Assembly: GCF_001194135.2 (NCBI RefSeq) | Contig: NC_068988.1 | Location: 507,202 to 552,295, forward strand | Direction of reading: 5' to 3' | DNA: 45,094 nt | DNA from: Octopus bimaculoides | Taxonomy: Eukaryota | Part shown: positions 12,212 to 24,450 of the stretch, piece after piece | Position numbering within the stretch: position 1 is the stretch's first letter | How the letters are laid out: each line of letters begins with the position of its first letter | Program-made: the position numbers and the translations under genes | Notes under the pieces: model-generated | Told to the model about the DNA's origin: nothing | The model's database searches: none | The model's input: only the letters and a program-made list of their open reading frames with translations

Positions 12212-12846
12212 NNNNNNNNNNNNNNNNNNNNNNNNNNNNNNNNNNNNNNNNNNNNNNNNNNNNNNNNNNNNNNNNNNNNNNNNNNNNNNNNNNNNNNNNN
12301 NNNNNNNNNNNNNNNNNNNNNNNNNNNNNNNNNNNNNNNNNNNNNNNNNNNNNNNNNNNNNNNNNNNNNNNNNNNNNNNNNNNNNNNNNNNNNNNNNNNN
12401 NNNNNNNNNNNNNNNNNNNNNNNNNNNNNNNNNNNNNNNNNNNNNNNNNNNNNNNNNNNNNNNNNNNNNNNNNNNNNNNNNNNNNNNNNNNNNNNNNNNN
12501 NNNNNNNNNNNNNNNNNNNNNNNNNNNNNNNNNNNNNNNNNNNNNNNNNNNNNNNNNNNNNNNNNNNNNNNNNNNNNNNNNNNNNNNNNNNNNNNNNNNN
12601 NNNNNNNNNNNNNNNNNNNNNNNNNNNNNNNNNNNNNNNNNNNNNNNNNNNNNNNNNNNNNNNNNNNNNNNNNNNNNNNNNNNNNNNNNNNNNNNNNNNN
12701 NNNNNNNNNNNNNNNNNNNNNNNNNNNNNNNNNNNNNNNNNNNNNNNNNNNNNNNNNNNNNNNNNNNNNNNNNNNNNNNNNNNNNNNNNNNNNNNNNNNN
12801 NNNNNNNNNNNNNNNNNNNNNNNNNNNNNNNNNNNNNNNNNNNNNN

Positions 12847-12892
<46 letters not shown>

Positions 12893-14049
12893 GAATGAAA
12901 CTGAAGCAAACACAGACTACAAACAATTAATACAAATATCAAATACAACAAGGAATGCCGAAACAAACGAAACAACTGATCTCGTTTTGTAAAAAAAAGG
13001 AGTAAAATAGGTAATGCTTCGTGGGGTGCACCCAGCGAGAATCCAAACAATTACGTATCTGTTACCGTATCTATTCCTTATTCGTAATACAGTGATCAAA
13101 TACACACGTTCGCATTTATTAGAACGTATAACAAATAGATACGTAAAATGTGTTTTCAGATTGATAAGGTATATAATATTTTCATATATTTTCGTACAAT
13201 TCTTACGGTGACCGACATTCAGCAAAGCAGAAAAAGTGACACAAAACAAAATATTAAAAAAGAAAAACCGTGTCAAAGAAAATGTCAAGTTCATCAGACG
13301 ATCGTATTCCCGCTTTTACGAACGACTCTCCACCACCACCACCACCGCCAACCCCCTTCATTATCTTCAACAGTTATTGCTACCTTCTATTTTACTTTTA
13401 CTATTTTCTTTCTTTGTTGTCTTTCCGTTTTTTTTTTCTTTCTCTCTCGTTTGTATTTGCATCTGCGTACGGCAAGGCTGATATGTAGCAATAGTAAGGT
13501 AGAAGGTAAGGGCTGTAGCCCGATAGTGGTAGTGGTGGTGGTGGTGGTTGAAGCATTGGGCGGCCATGATTTATTTAGTGAAAGTAATAGGGGTAAAGAA
13601 ACAAAAAATTGTTACGATGATGGCTTCTGTGAAATATTATCCCCAAAAGAAGGGCTCTAATAGCAAATGCAAGGGGTTCACTCTAATAATAAATAAACTT
13701 GCATTCTGGAGCAGTTTTCAGAAACGAGCAAGTATTAATTAGCAGCCCAGAGCCCCCGCCCCCTTCAAATGGTACACCGTCTTAAAGTTTGCTATTTACT
13801 GAAGTACAGACGTACTTGTGTGGTTAAGGTCGTTTCGCAACCACGTGGTCGTAGTTTCGGGTTCATTCCTATTGTTTGGCTTTTTAGGCAAGTGTATTCT
13901 GCTACATTCCTGGATCAGGATCTTTTTTAAAACGGGGGCCACATTTTTCATTAATGTTTTACGTAGTGTTTTTGGTACCGAAAGACTTTCAAACTTCGTA
14001 TACTTATCTATTTTGTGTTATAGAACAGAAAAATATTTTTTATTCGAAT

Positions 14050-14390
14050 TTATTTCATGTAAAAAATTGTCTTATTTCGATAATTTCAACCAATCACTGA
14101 CAAGTATTCAGTTGTTTATATTTACTCCTTTGGCTGATTAAGCCATAGCTTCGTTTTATTTGCTTTTTTCATTTTAAATTTGCTTTTTTCATTTTCTTTC
14201 TTTTCTTCGTTTTATTTGCTTTTTTCTTTTTAAATTTGCTGTTTTACCCTAACCCTAACCCTAACCCTATCACCGATAGAATTGTTCCAGAATCGTTTGT
14301 TTATGTAGTCGGCACTTAATGTATATCGGCTGAATGGACGTCAGTGATTGGTTGAAATTACAGAAATACGACAACTTTAACATGGAATAA
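14050..14390. mobile_element. Foldback/MITE-like element with about 70-bp imperfect inverted arms and an internal (CCCTAA)n
   Basis: Left arm ttatttcatgtaaaaaattgtcttatttcgataatttcaaccaatcactgac matches the reverse complement of the right arm, ttattccatgttaaagttgtcgtatttctgtaatttcaaccaatcactgac. (ccctaa)3ccctat lies at 14247-14270. Confidence 0.55.
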
Positions 14391-14499
14391 GTTAGGGATT
14401 TCTTTTTTTTTAAGAAGACTAAGAGAAAAAGATGTTTTATATGACACATTCTACCAGTGTTCCAAGTTTCAAAGTGTTTCGTTAATGAAAAATGTGGTC

Positions 14500-14715
14500 C
14501 CCGTTTTAAAAAAGATCCCTGGATCAATCAATGCTGTGATTTGGTAGACGGAAACTGTATGGAACCCCATTGTATATTTATATTTATGTGTGTATGTGTG
14601 CATGCGTGCGTATCTAAGTGTTTGTTTCCACACCGCTTGACAAACGGTGTTGTTTTGTTTACGTCCCCGTAACTTATCAGTTCGATGAATGAACGATAGA
14701 ATAAGTACCAGATTT
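14500..14715 (+). mobile_element. SINE family B (OR-like, internal microsatellite), partial
   Basis: gatttggtagacggaaactg...(TG-rich)...gcttgacaaacggtgttg...tttacgtccccgtaactt...gatagaataagtacc. Confidence 0.8.
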
Positions 14716-15608
14716 TATACAAGCAAACAAAAGAGACAAAACATGAGCCTTTTTCGAGTTTATACGTGTTTGCCTGATCTAACAGAAATAGCAGAATATA
14801 TTTCTCAAATTAGACAATATCATTTTGAAAAATGAAGGGCAGACTGGATAACGTAGCCCTAAACATGCAACGTTGAAGAAAAGGTTGGGATGGTCACGAT
14901 CGGAGCATCTCTAGTCGCAGGTCTGCTTCATCAGCGATGACCCGGGTTTATTCAGCAAAATAACAATTTGTCCATTTAGAGAAGGAACTCTTAAGTTAGC
15001 ATAAGTGAATGCGTCAACTAAAGGGGGCGAGTCTGTTTTTACACAAATTTAGAGATTTTCTTGCAGTTATTTAGTGAAATAATGAATTAGCGGTCCTATT
15101 AAGAAATAACTATTTACTTAAGATTACTCGACGGCTTAACTTAATCAAATTCTACTTTAGTCGAGTTGATGACCTTTCGGTCGTGCTGTTTGTTTTGGCG
15201 CAGTTGTTCGCTTCGGTTCAATGTAAAGATTAAAGACATTCTTCACAAGTTAATCCTTTCTACCAAAGCAATGTTTGTAACGATTAAAGTCAACTTTTAG
15301 GCGGCTACTTTCATATGATAACAGCTTTTACACCTGCAAATCGCTCGCTACCTGATTAAATAAGCAAAGCGTTAGCAGCTATTGTAGGCGCTAATTTAGT
15401 AGAATGATAAGTGTTACAATATGAACAAGCAAACTCTCGATTCTTCGAGCCGGTTTCGTGACGTCATTAAAGCAATTCCACTTCATTTTAAGAATTACTG
15501 TGGCTTGAAGACCTTCTCGATGTTTCCAAAAAACANNNNNNNNNNGAATTTGTCCAAAGACTTCTTGAACTTTATACCTTTCCACAAACACACACGCACA
15601 CGCACACG

Positions 15609-15652
<44 letters not shown>

Positions 15653-16180
15653 CATCTATATATATACACATATATACATATATATTTACATAAATAATAT
15701 AATATAATATAATATATGTATATATATACATACATACATACATTCATACATACATACATATACATGCATACATGGACGTTACCAACGGTGCAATTAACAT
15801 ACACACGAGAGATAGATACAAGACGTGGACAGTAATTACAGGACAAAAACGAATGAAATACGTAAACAGCGAGAGAGAAAATGGAAAACAGGACAAGTTA
15901 ACAGAGAAAAAGGACCCTTCATCCATCAGTTGTCGTTTGTCTGTCTCCTCCTCATTTCGAGCATTCAAACGACAATACGAGTCTTCAGAGACAGTTGCTC
16001 TCATAAATTCTAAAATAAATTTTAGGATTTGTGGAGGGTCAAAGTTGGGAACAAAAGAATCATAGTGGAGACATACAAGGAAACCGAAAGAAAACAGACA
16101 TGGAGGGTCGTTAGACCGGAACGAAAGAATAGTAAACGCTGGGAGAGACATTTTTCTTTTAAAGAGAAAAGATATACAAA

Positions 16181-16253
<73 letters not shown>

Positions 16254-16498
16254 NNNNNNNNNNNNNNNNNNNNNNNNNNNNNNNNNNNNNNNNNNNNNNN
16301 NNNNNNNNNNNNNNNNNNNNNNNNNNNNNNNNNNNNNNNNNNNNNNNNNNNNNNNNNNNNNNNNNNNNNNNNNNNNNNNNNNNNNNNNNNNNNNNNNNNN
16401 NNNNNNTATATATATATATATATATACACATACACAAACATATATATATATATAGATATACATATATATATATAAACATATACACACACACACACGAA

Positions 16499-16539
<41 letters not shown>

Positions 16540-16639
16540 GGGGAGAAGGGGACAGAGAGTGAGAGAGAGAGAAAGACAGGAAGAGGGAAGGAGAGTGCGT
16601 GTGTTTATTGTATCGAGTTCATCTCCCCACCGCGCAGTG

Positions 16640-16960
16640 TTTTATGAACGTGCGTGGCTTCGTGGTTAGGAAATTCGTCCCACGTTTGTAAGGTCGTGAC
16701 TTCGATTCCCGGCGGCGTGTCGTGTCCTCGAACAAGAAACTTTATTTCGAGTTGCTCCACTTCAATCAAATGGCAAAATTGAGAACGGTCAGCCTTGTCA
16801 CATTTGGTGTCATGCTGAAAGTCCCTGGGAACCACGTTAAGGGTACACGAATCTGTGTAGTACTCAGCTACTCGCAGATCAATTTCACGAGCGAGCAGAG
16901 TGTTCTGTTGATCGGATCAACTGGAGCACTAATCGTCGTCGCAATCGGACCGCCGGTCGA
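16640..16960 (+). mobile_element. SINE family C
   Basis: Head gtggcttcgtggttagg...ttcgattcccggcggc followed by gtgtcctcgaacaagaaactttatttc. Confidence 0.7.
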
Positions 16961-17635
16961 AGTCGCGTGAGTGAATTAGGAAGACGGAGACTGTGTGGAA
17001 TCCGTCGTATACACACACACACACACACACAGAGACACACAAAACTATATATATATATATGTTCATGTTTTGCGTTCTATTTACCTATATGCATCACTCA
17101 ACATACATATGTCTGCACGTATGTATGTGCAGACATACATAGGGAAGAAATATATACATTTCAATGTCATGTGGCGAAGAGTTTCTAATAAATACAGTCT
17201 GTCCATTAAACCTTCTACATTAAAAAGCATCATAAAATGGGGGAGAAATTCCCTTGCAGGTTTTCTTTTGCTCTTACTTAGATTAAGGGAGCTACGCACC
17301 ACATGCGTACATTAGACACTATAACCGGATCTGCCAGTGGAACTAAGAACGAAGCCGTTATCTGTATGTATGTATGTGTATGAAGAGAGAGAGAAAGAGA
17401 GAGGGTGAGGAAGGGAGGGAGAAAAAGAGAGAGAAAGGGAGAGAGAGAGAGAGAAGTCGGGGAAGAGAGAATTTGAGACAAGCTGACACAGAAACACAAT
17501 TTTGAGTGCATAAAGCCTCGGTTCAGATAGCGAAGCAAATATACAAATGCATACAACAACAGATATATATAGCTTATTATGTTATACGTATGTATACGTG
17601 TCATCATATACATCCACACACAAGGATAATATATA

Positions 17636-17687
<52 letters not shown>

Positions 17688-18231
17688 CAGTACATATATT
17701 TATTTATATACATATATATGTATATATGTATACATACATATATATACACGTGTGTGTGTGTGTGTTAAAACAAAGAAAACAAAGACTAGGAAATTTGGTA
17801 TATTTTTAATTTATGTATGTACGTATATACATTTCTGCAGACTGACATAAAGAAAAACACCAAATAATTAGTCACAGACAGTTCCACGATTGCTAATTGG
17901 CGCATTTTTAATGAACGAGAAACTTTCAAAAGAGACAGGACGGAATCATCAAAGGATACACACCAACATCATTAGATATAAACTGAGATAAGAACACGAA
18001 TCTACATCGCAAACATTCTATCTAAACAACTGTCTATCCTAATTAATTAAAACATCCACGGACACCGAGGAAAGGAATTTCTATATAAATGCATAGACAC
18101 ATCGTTCAGCAATTGAAGCCAATAATATTCTCATAAAGGCAAACATAACTAAAATTATCCGATATAAATAACTTGAGAGAAAACTAGAGAGGATCTCTGT
18201 CTTGCGAAAAATAAACAGTTATTCTTTTCTA

Positions 18232-18440
18232 TTCTAGGTACAAAACCGGAAATTTAGGGGGAGGGAGCCAGTCGATTAGATCGACCCCAATACGCAACTG
18301 GTACTTAATTTATCGGCCCCCGAAAGGATGAAAGGCAAAGCCGACCTCGGCGGAATTTGAATTCAGAACGTAAAGACAGACGAAATACCGCTGAGCATTT
18401 TGGCCGGTGCGCAAACGTTTCTGCCAGCTCGCTACCTTGA
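18232..18440 (-). mobile_element. SINE family A
   Basis: gtacttaatttatcggcccccgaaaggatgaaaggcaaagccgacctcggcggaatttgaattcagaacg. Confidence 0.88.
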
Positions 18441-19124
18441 AAATAAACAGTTATTAAATTAGTGATGTGCGTTGTAGAAAGCGAGAAGAAGGCGCCATTT
18501 TGGATCAAAGCCTTTTCTCTGAAAAAGTGAGGATATAAATGGAATCTATAACCTTACAACTTATTTCTAAAAGTTTTTCCCCTGAATAACTTTGTCTCAA
18601 GCATTATAACTAACTTCCCATTACGGTGAATGACTTTATCTTATTTTACACAACTTAAATTTAATTAACCTTATTTGTTTATTCAAATTGTAAATCGAGT
18701 TATCTGTTATATCACTCAGATATTTCTCTTTCCTTCATTTATAAAACTTCGCACGTCTTTATTCTTATGAAGACTTTTAACTGTTAAGTATACACAGGTT
18801 ATGTAAACGTGTTTTGTTCACCGACACTGAATTCATGTGACCCGTTGAAAAGAGGAGGTAAGCGGCCTCCTTCAAATATATTTTATTGAATACGTAAGAA
18901 TGTATTTTTATAATAAAGATAAATGCATAAAGAATATAAATAAACGTTAGTGTTTGAAGTAATCACTTTTGCTCATTGGCAGTAGAGGGAAAGAGAGGAG
19001 GAGAGGGACAGAGAGGGAGAGTGAAAGAGAAGGACAGAGAGAAAGAGAGGGAGAGAGAAAGAGAATGAGAGGGAGAGAGAAAGAGAATAGAGGGAGAGAG
19101 ACTTAAGAGAGTGGAAAGTAAGTA

Positions 19125-19295
19125 AATGACCAAAATGAATGCAGACGCCAAGAAAGCAGAACAGCTCACCATACGATGCCAAGGGGTTAAGCTATGCAAG
19201 GTTAACCAGTTGAAGTACTTAGGACCGATTGCCGACCAAACAACGGGATGAATCTAGGAAATCAGAACAAGACTTGGTGCAGGAAGAATAACCCA
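19125..19295 (+). mobile_element. Degraded LINE reverse-transcriptase C-terminal fragment (RTE-like)
   Basis: CKVNQLKYLGPIADQTTG*I*EIRTRLGAGR resembles the VxxFKYLG...EIxxRIxxA motif and has in-frame stops. Confidence 0.6.
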
Positions 19296-19359
19296 GGGGT
19301 CATTTAATAAAATGTGCCCTCAACAAAAACGTGAAGCTGAAACTTCTAAAACCTGGTTT

Positions 19360-19495
19360 GGCTAGTAGCCGTCACCATTTACCTCAGTATTTGACTGGTA
19401 TCCCGGCGAGATGAAAAGCAAAATTGACCTATGCGAGATTTGATCTCAGAATGTAAAGAGCCAGATAATTGCACGGCATTCTTCCTTAGACTCTG
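19360..19495 (-). mobile_element. SINE family A, degenerate
   Basis: gatgaaaagcaaaattgacctatgcgagatttgatctcagaatgtaaag. Confidence 0.6.
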
Positions 19496-21174
19496 AGGAG
19501 TGTGCTAGTTTACCACCCTGTTATACATTACTAAGGATTTCTTCGTTGCCACGAGTGTATAGAAGGACAGATAAGAACATAACACTCGATTATTAACGGT
19601 ACATCTATGGTTGTTTAGCACGGAGGTGGGGTTTAGTTTCAAAAGCAGTGATAACTGAATCAGTGATAAATGAATCATACCCACGCCTTTTGTAAATAAA
19701 AGGATTGATAGAATCGTTGACAACAAACTTGCGGCCCACAACAGCGAAGCTTCAGGCGTCGCGTATTTTCCTGATCCTCTCCACCTGTTGCTGTAAAAAT
19801 ACACTCGTGTGAGTCTTTTGCTTGGATCAAGGGCCTTCGTATATTTTTTGTTCTCTGATCACATGTTGACGGGGATGGGTACGTAAACCCGTGTACAAGA
19901 TGCGCAACCTCGCAACAGGGTTATGTAAGAACAAGCGATAAGCAGTGCATTCTGGGTAACTGAATACAGTGGATAGTCACTGGGGAGCGTCTTGGCGGTA
20001 CAAGCAGAACATTCAACTGATCGCCAACCCATGTAAACATAGAGCAATCTGTAATATGCGTAACATGGTTAACAATCGAGCGTATCCCGTTATCCCGAAT
20101 CCAGTGATGAATTAATCCGTGATAAATAGGGTTACAAGTACTTATTTTAACGACAGTCTTAGGTAGATCCGTCAAGTCAATTCGAGACAGGTTTTAAACT
20201 GAAAACTGTGTGAAATTAAATACTGTTGATTACTTCGCTCATGTCTACGACTCCAACAACCTATTATGCTAAATTGTTTCATTAATGTATTATTGTATCT
20301 AAAATATAAAAAGTAACTTTATGAAGAAATTTGTCGTCGATACGACGTTTCACTGACACAGTTAAATATTTTAGAATCTTGAATGACATAAACTAAATTA
20401 AATATAACACCTACTCAATCTAACCTATCAATCTTTGGCCTATCAAAAATAGGGTCATTCTAATTTTCTGTAATGTTTTATCGCCTGAAAAATGCGGAAG
20501 GTAAATGAAAACTCTTTCGCTACTTCATACGACGCCTTTTATTGAAATAAACGTCGGCAGCAAGAAAAGAATAAAACGTGACAGTAAAATATAAACAGAT
20601 GGAAAATAGAAATACGATGTAATATAATATGTAAATATGCAATTTCCTCTTATCTTTTGACAAACTCATTGAATGGAAAGCATACGTTTAGTGATAGCTG
20701 TGCCCAGTATAAAGTGACGCACACTTACATTCAAACTCCATTACAATCACATTGCATTTTATTTTCATGATAATTCGTGGACACACAGATTTCAATTATA
20801 GATTACTTGTTAGGCAACAGCAATCAATTAAATGCAAGAAATAACACCTTGGAAATAAAATAAAGAATTTAAACGAAATGAAATAAAGTAAGTGATTTCA
20901 ATCAAAACTGAAACTTTTTAAGTTTTCATAGTTTTGTCAAAAGGTGAAGTCAGTGCTTTCTCAGAAAGTAGAAGCAATTTACCAGTTGATGTCGATTCTA
21001 TAACGTTTGTGACGGATGTCTTCTCGAGTGATTTTGATATATTTATATTGTTTGTGTTATATTCACACTTCTAAAGTAGTCTCAGCAAACCTAATTCGTT
21101 AGAAACTATAGACTATTGCTTGAAATGATAATAGAGACTATTTAGTTTCTATGGGCCTCATTTTGAGTTCTTAA

Positions 21175-21395
21175 TATATGGTAATATTAGGGTGACCACC
21201 AGGTCGAATCGTGATGAAAAGTGCTTAGCGACCTTTCGTCCGCCTTGACGTTCTGAGTTCAAATTCCGCCGAGGTCGACTTTGTCTTTCATTCTTTCGGG
21301 GTCGATAAAATAAGTACCAGTTGAGTACTGGGTCGATACAATCAACCAATCCCCTCCCCCAAAATTGCTGGTCATATGCAAAACTTTGACACCAA
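21175..21395 (+). mobile_element. SINE family A
   Basis: gttctgagttcaaattccgccgaggtcgactttgtctttcattctttcggggtcgataaaataagtaccagttg. Confidence 0.88.
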
Positions 21396-21786
21396 TATAT
21401 GGTAATGTACTCTATTTACTCGTGTACAAGTCGTACTATTTTATATTTCACTTTAAATGGAAAAAAAAGTGGTGCGACTTATACACGGGGCAAAGTTTGT
21501 ATTTGAAGGGGAAAGAATTTGTACCAAGGTTTGACACTAAATTAGGGATGCCACTTGTAAATATGGTAAGAACAGAAGAAAAAAGGAGAAAGAAAAGAAT
21601 GCACTCAACACCGGAGCTAAAGACACATCCGAAAGGGGCTCCCCGTCACGTCGAAAACGGTTGAGGCGTAGAGGCCGAAACCGGACGTGGTTCCTTCTGA
21701 TGATGTCTTTAGTCACTGGATCCTATAAAGAAGCTGTTGAGGTAGCGAACCACGAAACACGGTTGGAATTCCATGTAAATAATTAA

Positions 21787-21900
21787 GAACGAAGAAAAGA
21801 TTATATTCTTGCAACGGTTGTGTCAAATAATTTGAACACAAACCGAAAGTTAAAAATAGGAGAGGCTTTGCAGCTGAGAAAGGAAAGCGTTTTCAGATCA
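21787..21900 (+). mobile_element. Probable Penelope-like element GIY-YIG C-terminal remnant
   Basis: DYILATVVSNNLNTNRKLKIGEALQLRKES resembles the PLE ending xILx...xLxIxEALxIxx. It lies next to hammerhead-like motifs. Confidence 0.4.
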
Positions 21901-22071
21901 AAAGATCGGGAGCCAAAATATATTTTACAGAGGCATTTAAATTTTTCATGTAACTCTGAGATAACAGTTGAGGGATATTCCTGTTTAAATAACGGAGACC
22001 TTGTGTTTAAGTAATTGGATCGCAACTGTAAATAGACTCATGGAAATATCAGGTCAAATAAGAACAAATAA

Positions 22072-22080
22072 AGAGATGAA

Positions 22081-22115
<35 letters not shown>

Positions 22116-22118
22116 ATA
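22072..22118 (+). repeat. (AAAT)n microsatellite
   Basis: Read directly from the sequence. Confidence 0.95.
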
Positions 22119-22332
22119 GAATGTTACTTACGACTTTGTACAAAATTAATTATGAATAAGACTGGTAAACCAGTTATCACCATTCCTATGAGAATAAAAG
22201 AAACGGAATCGCATTAAATATACAGTTTACACGACAAAAAACAAAGAAAAATAAAAAATAAAAAAAACGAAAGTAAAAGAAAAAGAAACAAATGTGAAAC
22301 AAAAAATATGCCTGAAAATACTTTAAAGCTGC

Positions 22333-22333
<1 letters not shown>

Positions 22334-22399
<66 letters not shown>

Positions 22400-22400
22400 C
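22334..22400 (+). repeat. (TTA)n microsatellite
   Basis: Read directly from the sequence. Confidence 0.95.
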
Positions 22401-22404
22401 ATCA

Positions 22405-22620
22405 AAGCAACGAGCTGGCAGGATAGCTACCACACCGGGAAAAATGCTAGGGACATATCTTCCGAATTTACGTTCTAAGTTCAAATGCTGCCGGCGTCGA
22501 CTTTGCCTTTCATCCTTTCTGAGTCGAGGAACCAAGTACCAGTTGAGCGCTGGGGTCGATGAAATTGACTTGGCCCCTCTTACTACATTGCTGGTCCTGT
22601 GCCAAAATTTGAAACTAATA
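22405..22620 (+). mobile_element. SINE family A
   Basis: gttctaagttcaaatgctgccggcgtcgactttgcctttcatcctttc...gtaccagttgagcgctggggtcgatg. Confidence 0.85.
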
Positions 22621-23477
22621 TTGCTTGCATCAAGATAGAAAACAAGGTAGGGCACAGAACCGGCCATAGACTACAAAACGCAGTACCATCCGATCGTTTC
22701 AGGATGACAGTGGGAAAATAGAGACAGGAAAAGAGAGTGTGTTCTACAGGGACTGCATAAAAATTAGGAGAGTGAAAAGAAGGGTGAGACCGAACAAAAG
22801 GCAGGTAGGTGTGTGGAAGTCCTTCGTAGAAGATGCCAATCTACTGGAATGTATGGGCCTTACACCTTAACAAATCAGTGGCGCAAACTTGAAGGTGATG
22901 CTGTATTTCGGTTTTAATCACACACACACACGCACACACACACATACACACACACACACACACATATATATACGTATGTTCTCTAGCTCAAAGTGTCTTT
23001 ATGAATCGGGTTCATTTATTACACTGAATTGCTGAAGAAATGGTAAGTGTAAGGGGAAGATCCCTAAGAACTTCGTGTATTCAAAACTGAAGTATTAGTT
23101 TTAGAATATTCGACCTCATCATACAAGGAATGCCACATACATAATGCCATTCTTTGTCCTGTGGAAGAAAGGATAATTGCTTACTTTTCAATTCCTGATC
23201 GTAAAAACTAAATTCTTACCACAATCTGTTTTGACAATTAGAAAGTAAAGATAGTTCCTTTTTACAAAGAAGAACCGAATTTCTTTCTGGATCTCACATT
23301 TGTTTTTGATATAAAATTCTATTTTAAGTTGCTCGAAATAGGATAAAAGATTCTTTTGAATCGTATCTATTTAACCTAATTCCGACCAGAATTGGTGTCA
23401 GACTTCTTTGTCGACAGCACCAATATTTTCAGTAGGTTCTGAATAGTTACCAATATTCCGGAATTTATTTTGGTACA

Positions 23478-23800
23478 TACGAAGTCCGTTCAATAAGGAT
23501 TCGGACTGGTGCTATAAAAACAAAACTGCAACACGTACCAATTTGGCATTTAATCTCCTTCAAAGTAGGAAGCCACACATTTAATCCAGCTCTGTTTCCA
23601 TTGATGGAAGTATTCCTGGAATTCGTTTTCTGGGATTATCAGCAGTTGCCTCGTCGCATTCACTTTGATTTCCTCGACGTCCTAAAATCTTCTTCCTTTC
23701 AAGTGGGATTTGTTTTTTGTAAAGAAGGAAAAGTCGCAAGGGGTAAGATCTGGGAAATAGGGTGGCTGTCGGACCTGGGGAATGCTGTTCCTTTCTTACC
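23478..23800 (-). mobile_element. Mariner transposon 3' end: transposase pseudogene C-terminus, terminal inverted repeat and TA
   Basis: VRQPPYFPDLTPCDFSFF...LKGRRF*DVEEIKVNATRQLLIIPENEFQEYFHQWKQSWIKCVASYFEGD* contains a degenerate YSPDLAPxD motif and the YFEGD end (stop at 23552-23550). It is followed by a TIR-like end ...ccttattgaacggacttcg and TA at 23478-23479. Confidence 0.9.
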
Positions 23801-23975
23801 CAATATTTAATCCATAAGTCTACCACACTCTAAATATTATTTCAAAGTTTGATCCAAGGCTTTAACACGGCTCTAAGCAGATGCTGAAACAAATGCAAAC
23901 TTTTACATTACAATCACTAAAAAAACTTCCATCGCTACTTAAAAATCTCAGTTAACAAGTTACGTCACCTTAAAG

Positions 23976-24450
23976 CAAGGGTCACCAAACTATGGCCCGC
24001 GGGCCGTCCCACCGCCGTTCTGTATCTTTTGTGTAAGTACCTGCATTTGCCTCTAGTATGGCATCATTGTTTGGAATAATGAAGAATGTGAAATCAGCCC
24101 ATCGAATGAGGTTGACTGATGAACATTTGAAAGCAATTCTCTTGGTTGAATGCAGCAATTCTAAAGCAAATATTGATGATGTCTTCAAAGCTAATCACCA
24201 GTTTCACAAACCTCACCAACCGTTTTTATTTATTTATTTATTTATTTTGATGTTTAGTTTGTGAGATTCGGATATGTGTACACTGGGTGTCATATAACTA
24301 TCTTAATGCTAACGTCGCCTTCTTTGAGAACTTCTTTGGTAAATAAAGATGTTGGTTGTCTTTATTTGTTTGTGTATTCACTGTATTGTATTAAACAAAG
24401 TGGTTATGCGGCCCGCGCTCCTCATTCTCTCAGCTCTCTCGACCGCCGTG
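23976..24450 (+). mobile_element. hAT (Charlie-like) internally deleted element with a dimerization-domain remnant
   Basis: Charlie-type terminus caaggggtcaccaaactatggcccgcgggcc follows ccttaaag. STCIC/LFGIMKNVKSAHRMRLTDEHL resembles STYxCExxFSxMKxxKSxxRxxLTDxHL. A subterminal atgcggcccgc lies near 24405. The right TIR was not resolved. Confidence 0.8.

Noticed and set aside
13148-13660. 170-aa plus-strand ORF and overlapping ORFs
   Set aside because: Low-complexity (CAC)n, (GTG)n and T-rich tracts explain the open frames.
19505-20059. Minus frame open for about 185 codons except one TGA (19861-19859), considered as selenocysteine or readthrough
   Set aside because: No redox motif, no SECIS recognised and no homology. 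Two adjacent ORFs of this size are not exceptional among the many random ORFs here.
24113-24131. ctgatga-acattt-gaaa as a hammerhead core
   Set aside because: There is no stem II, and the bases simply encode TDEHLK in the hAT remnant.
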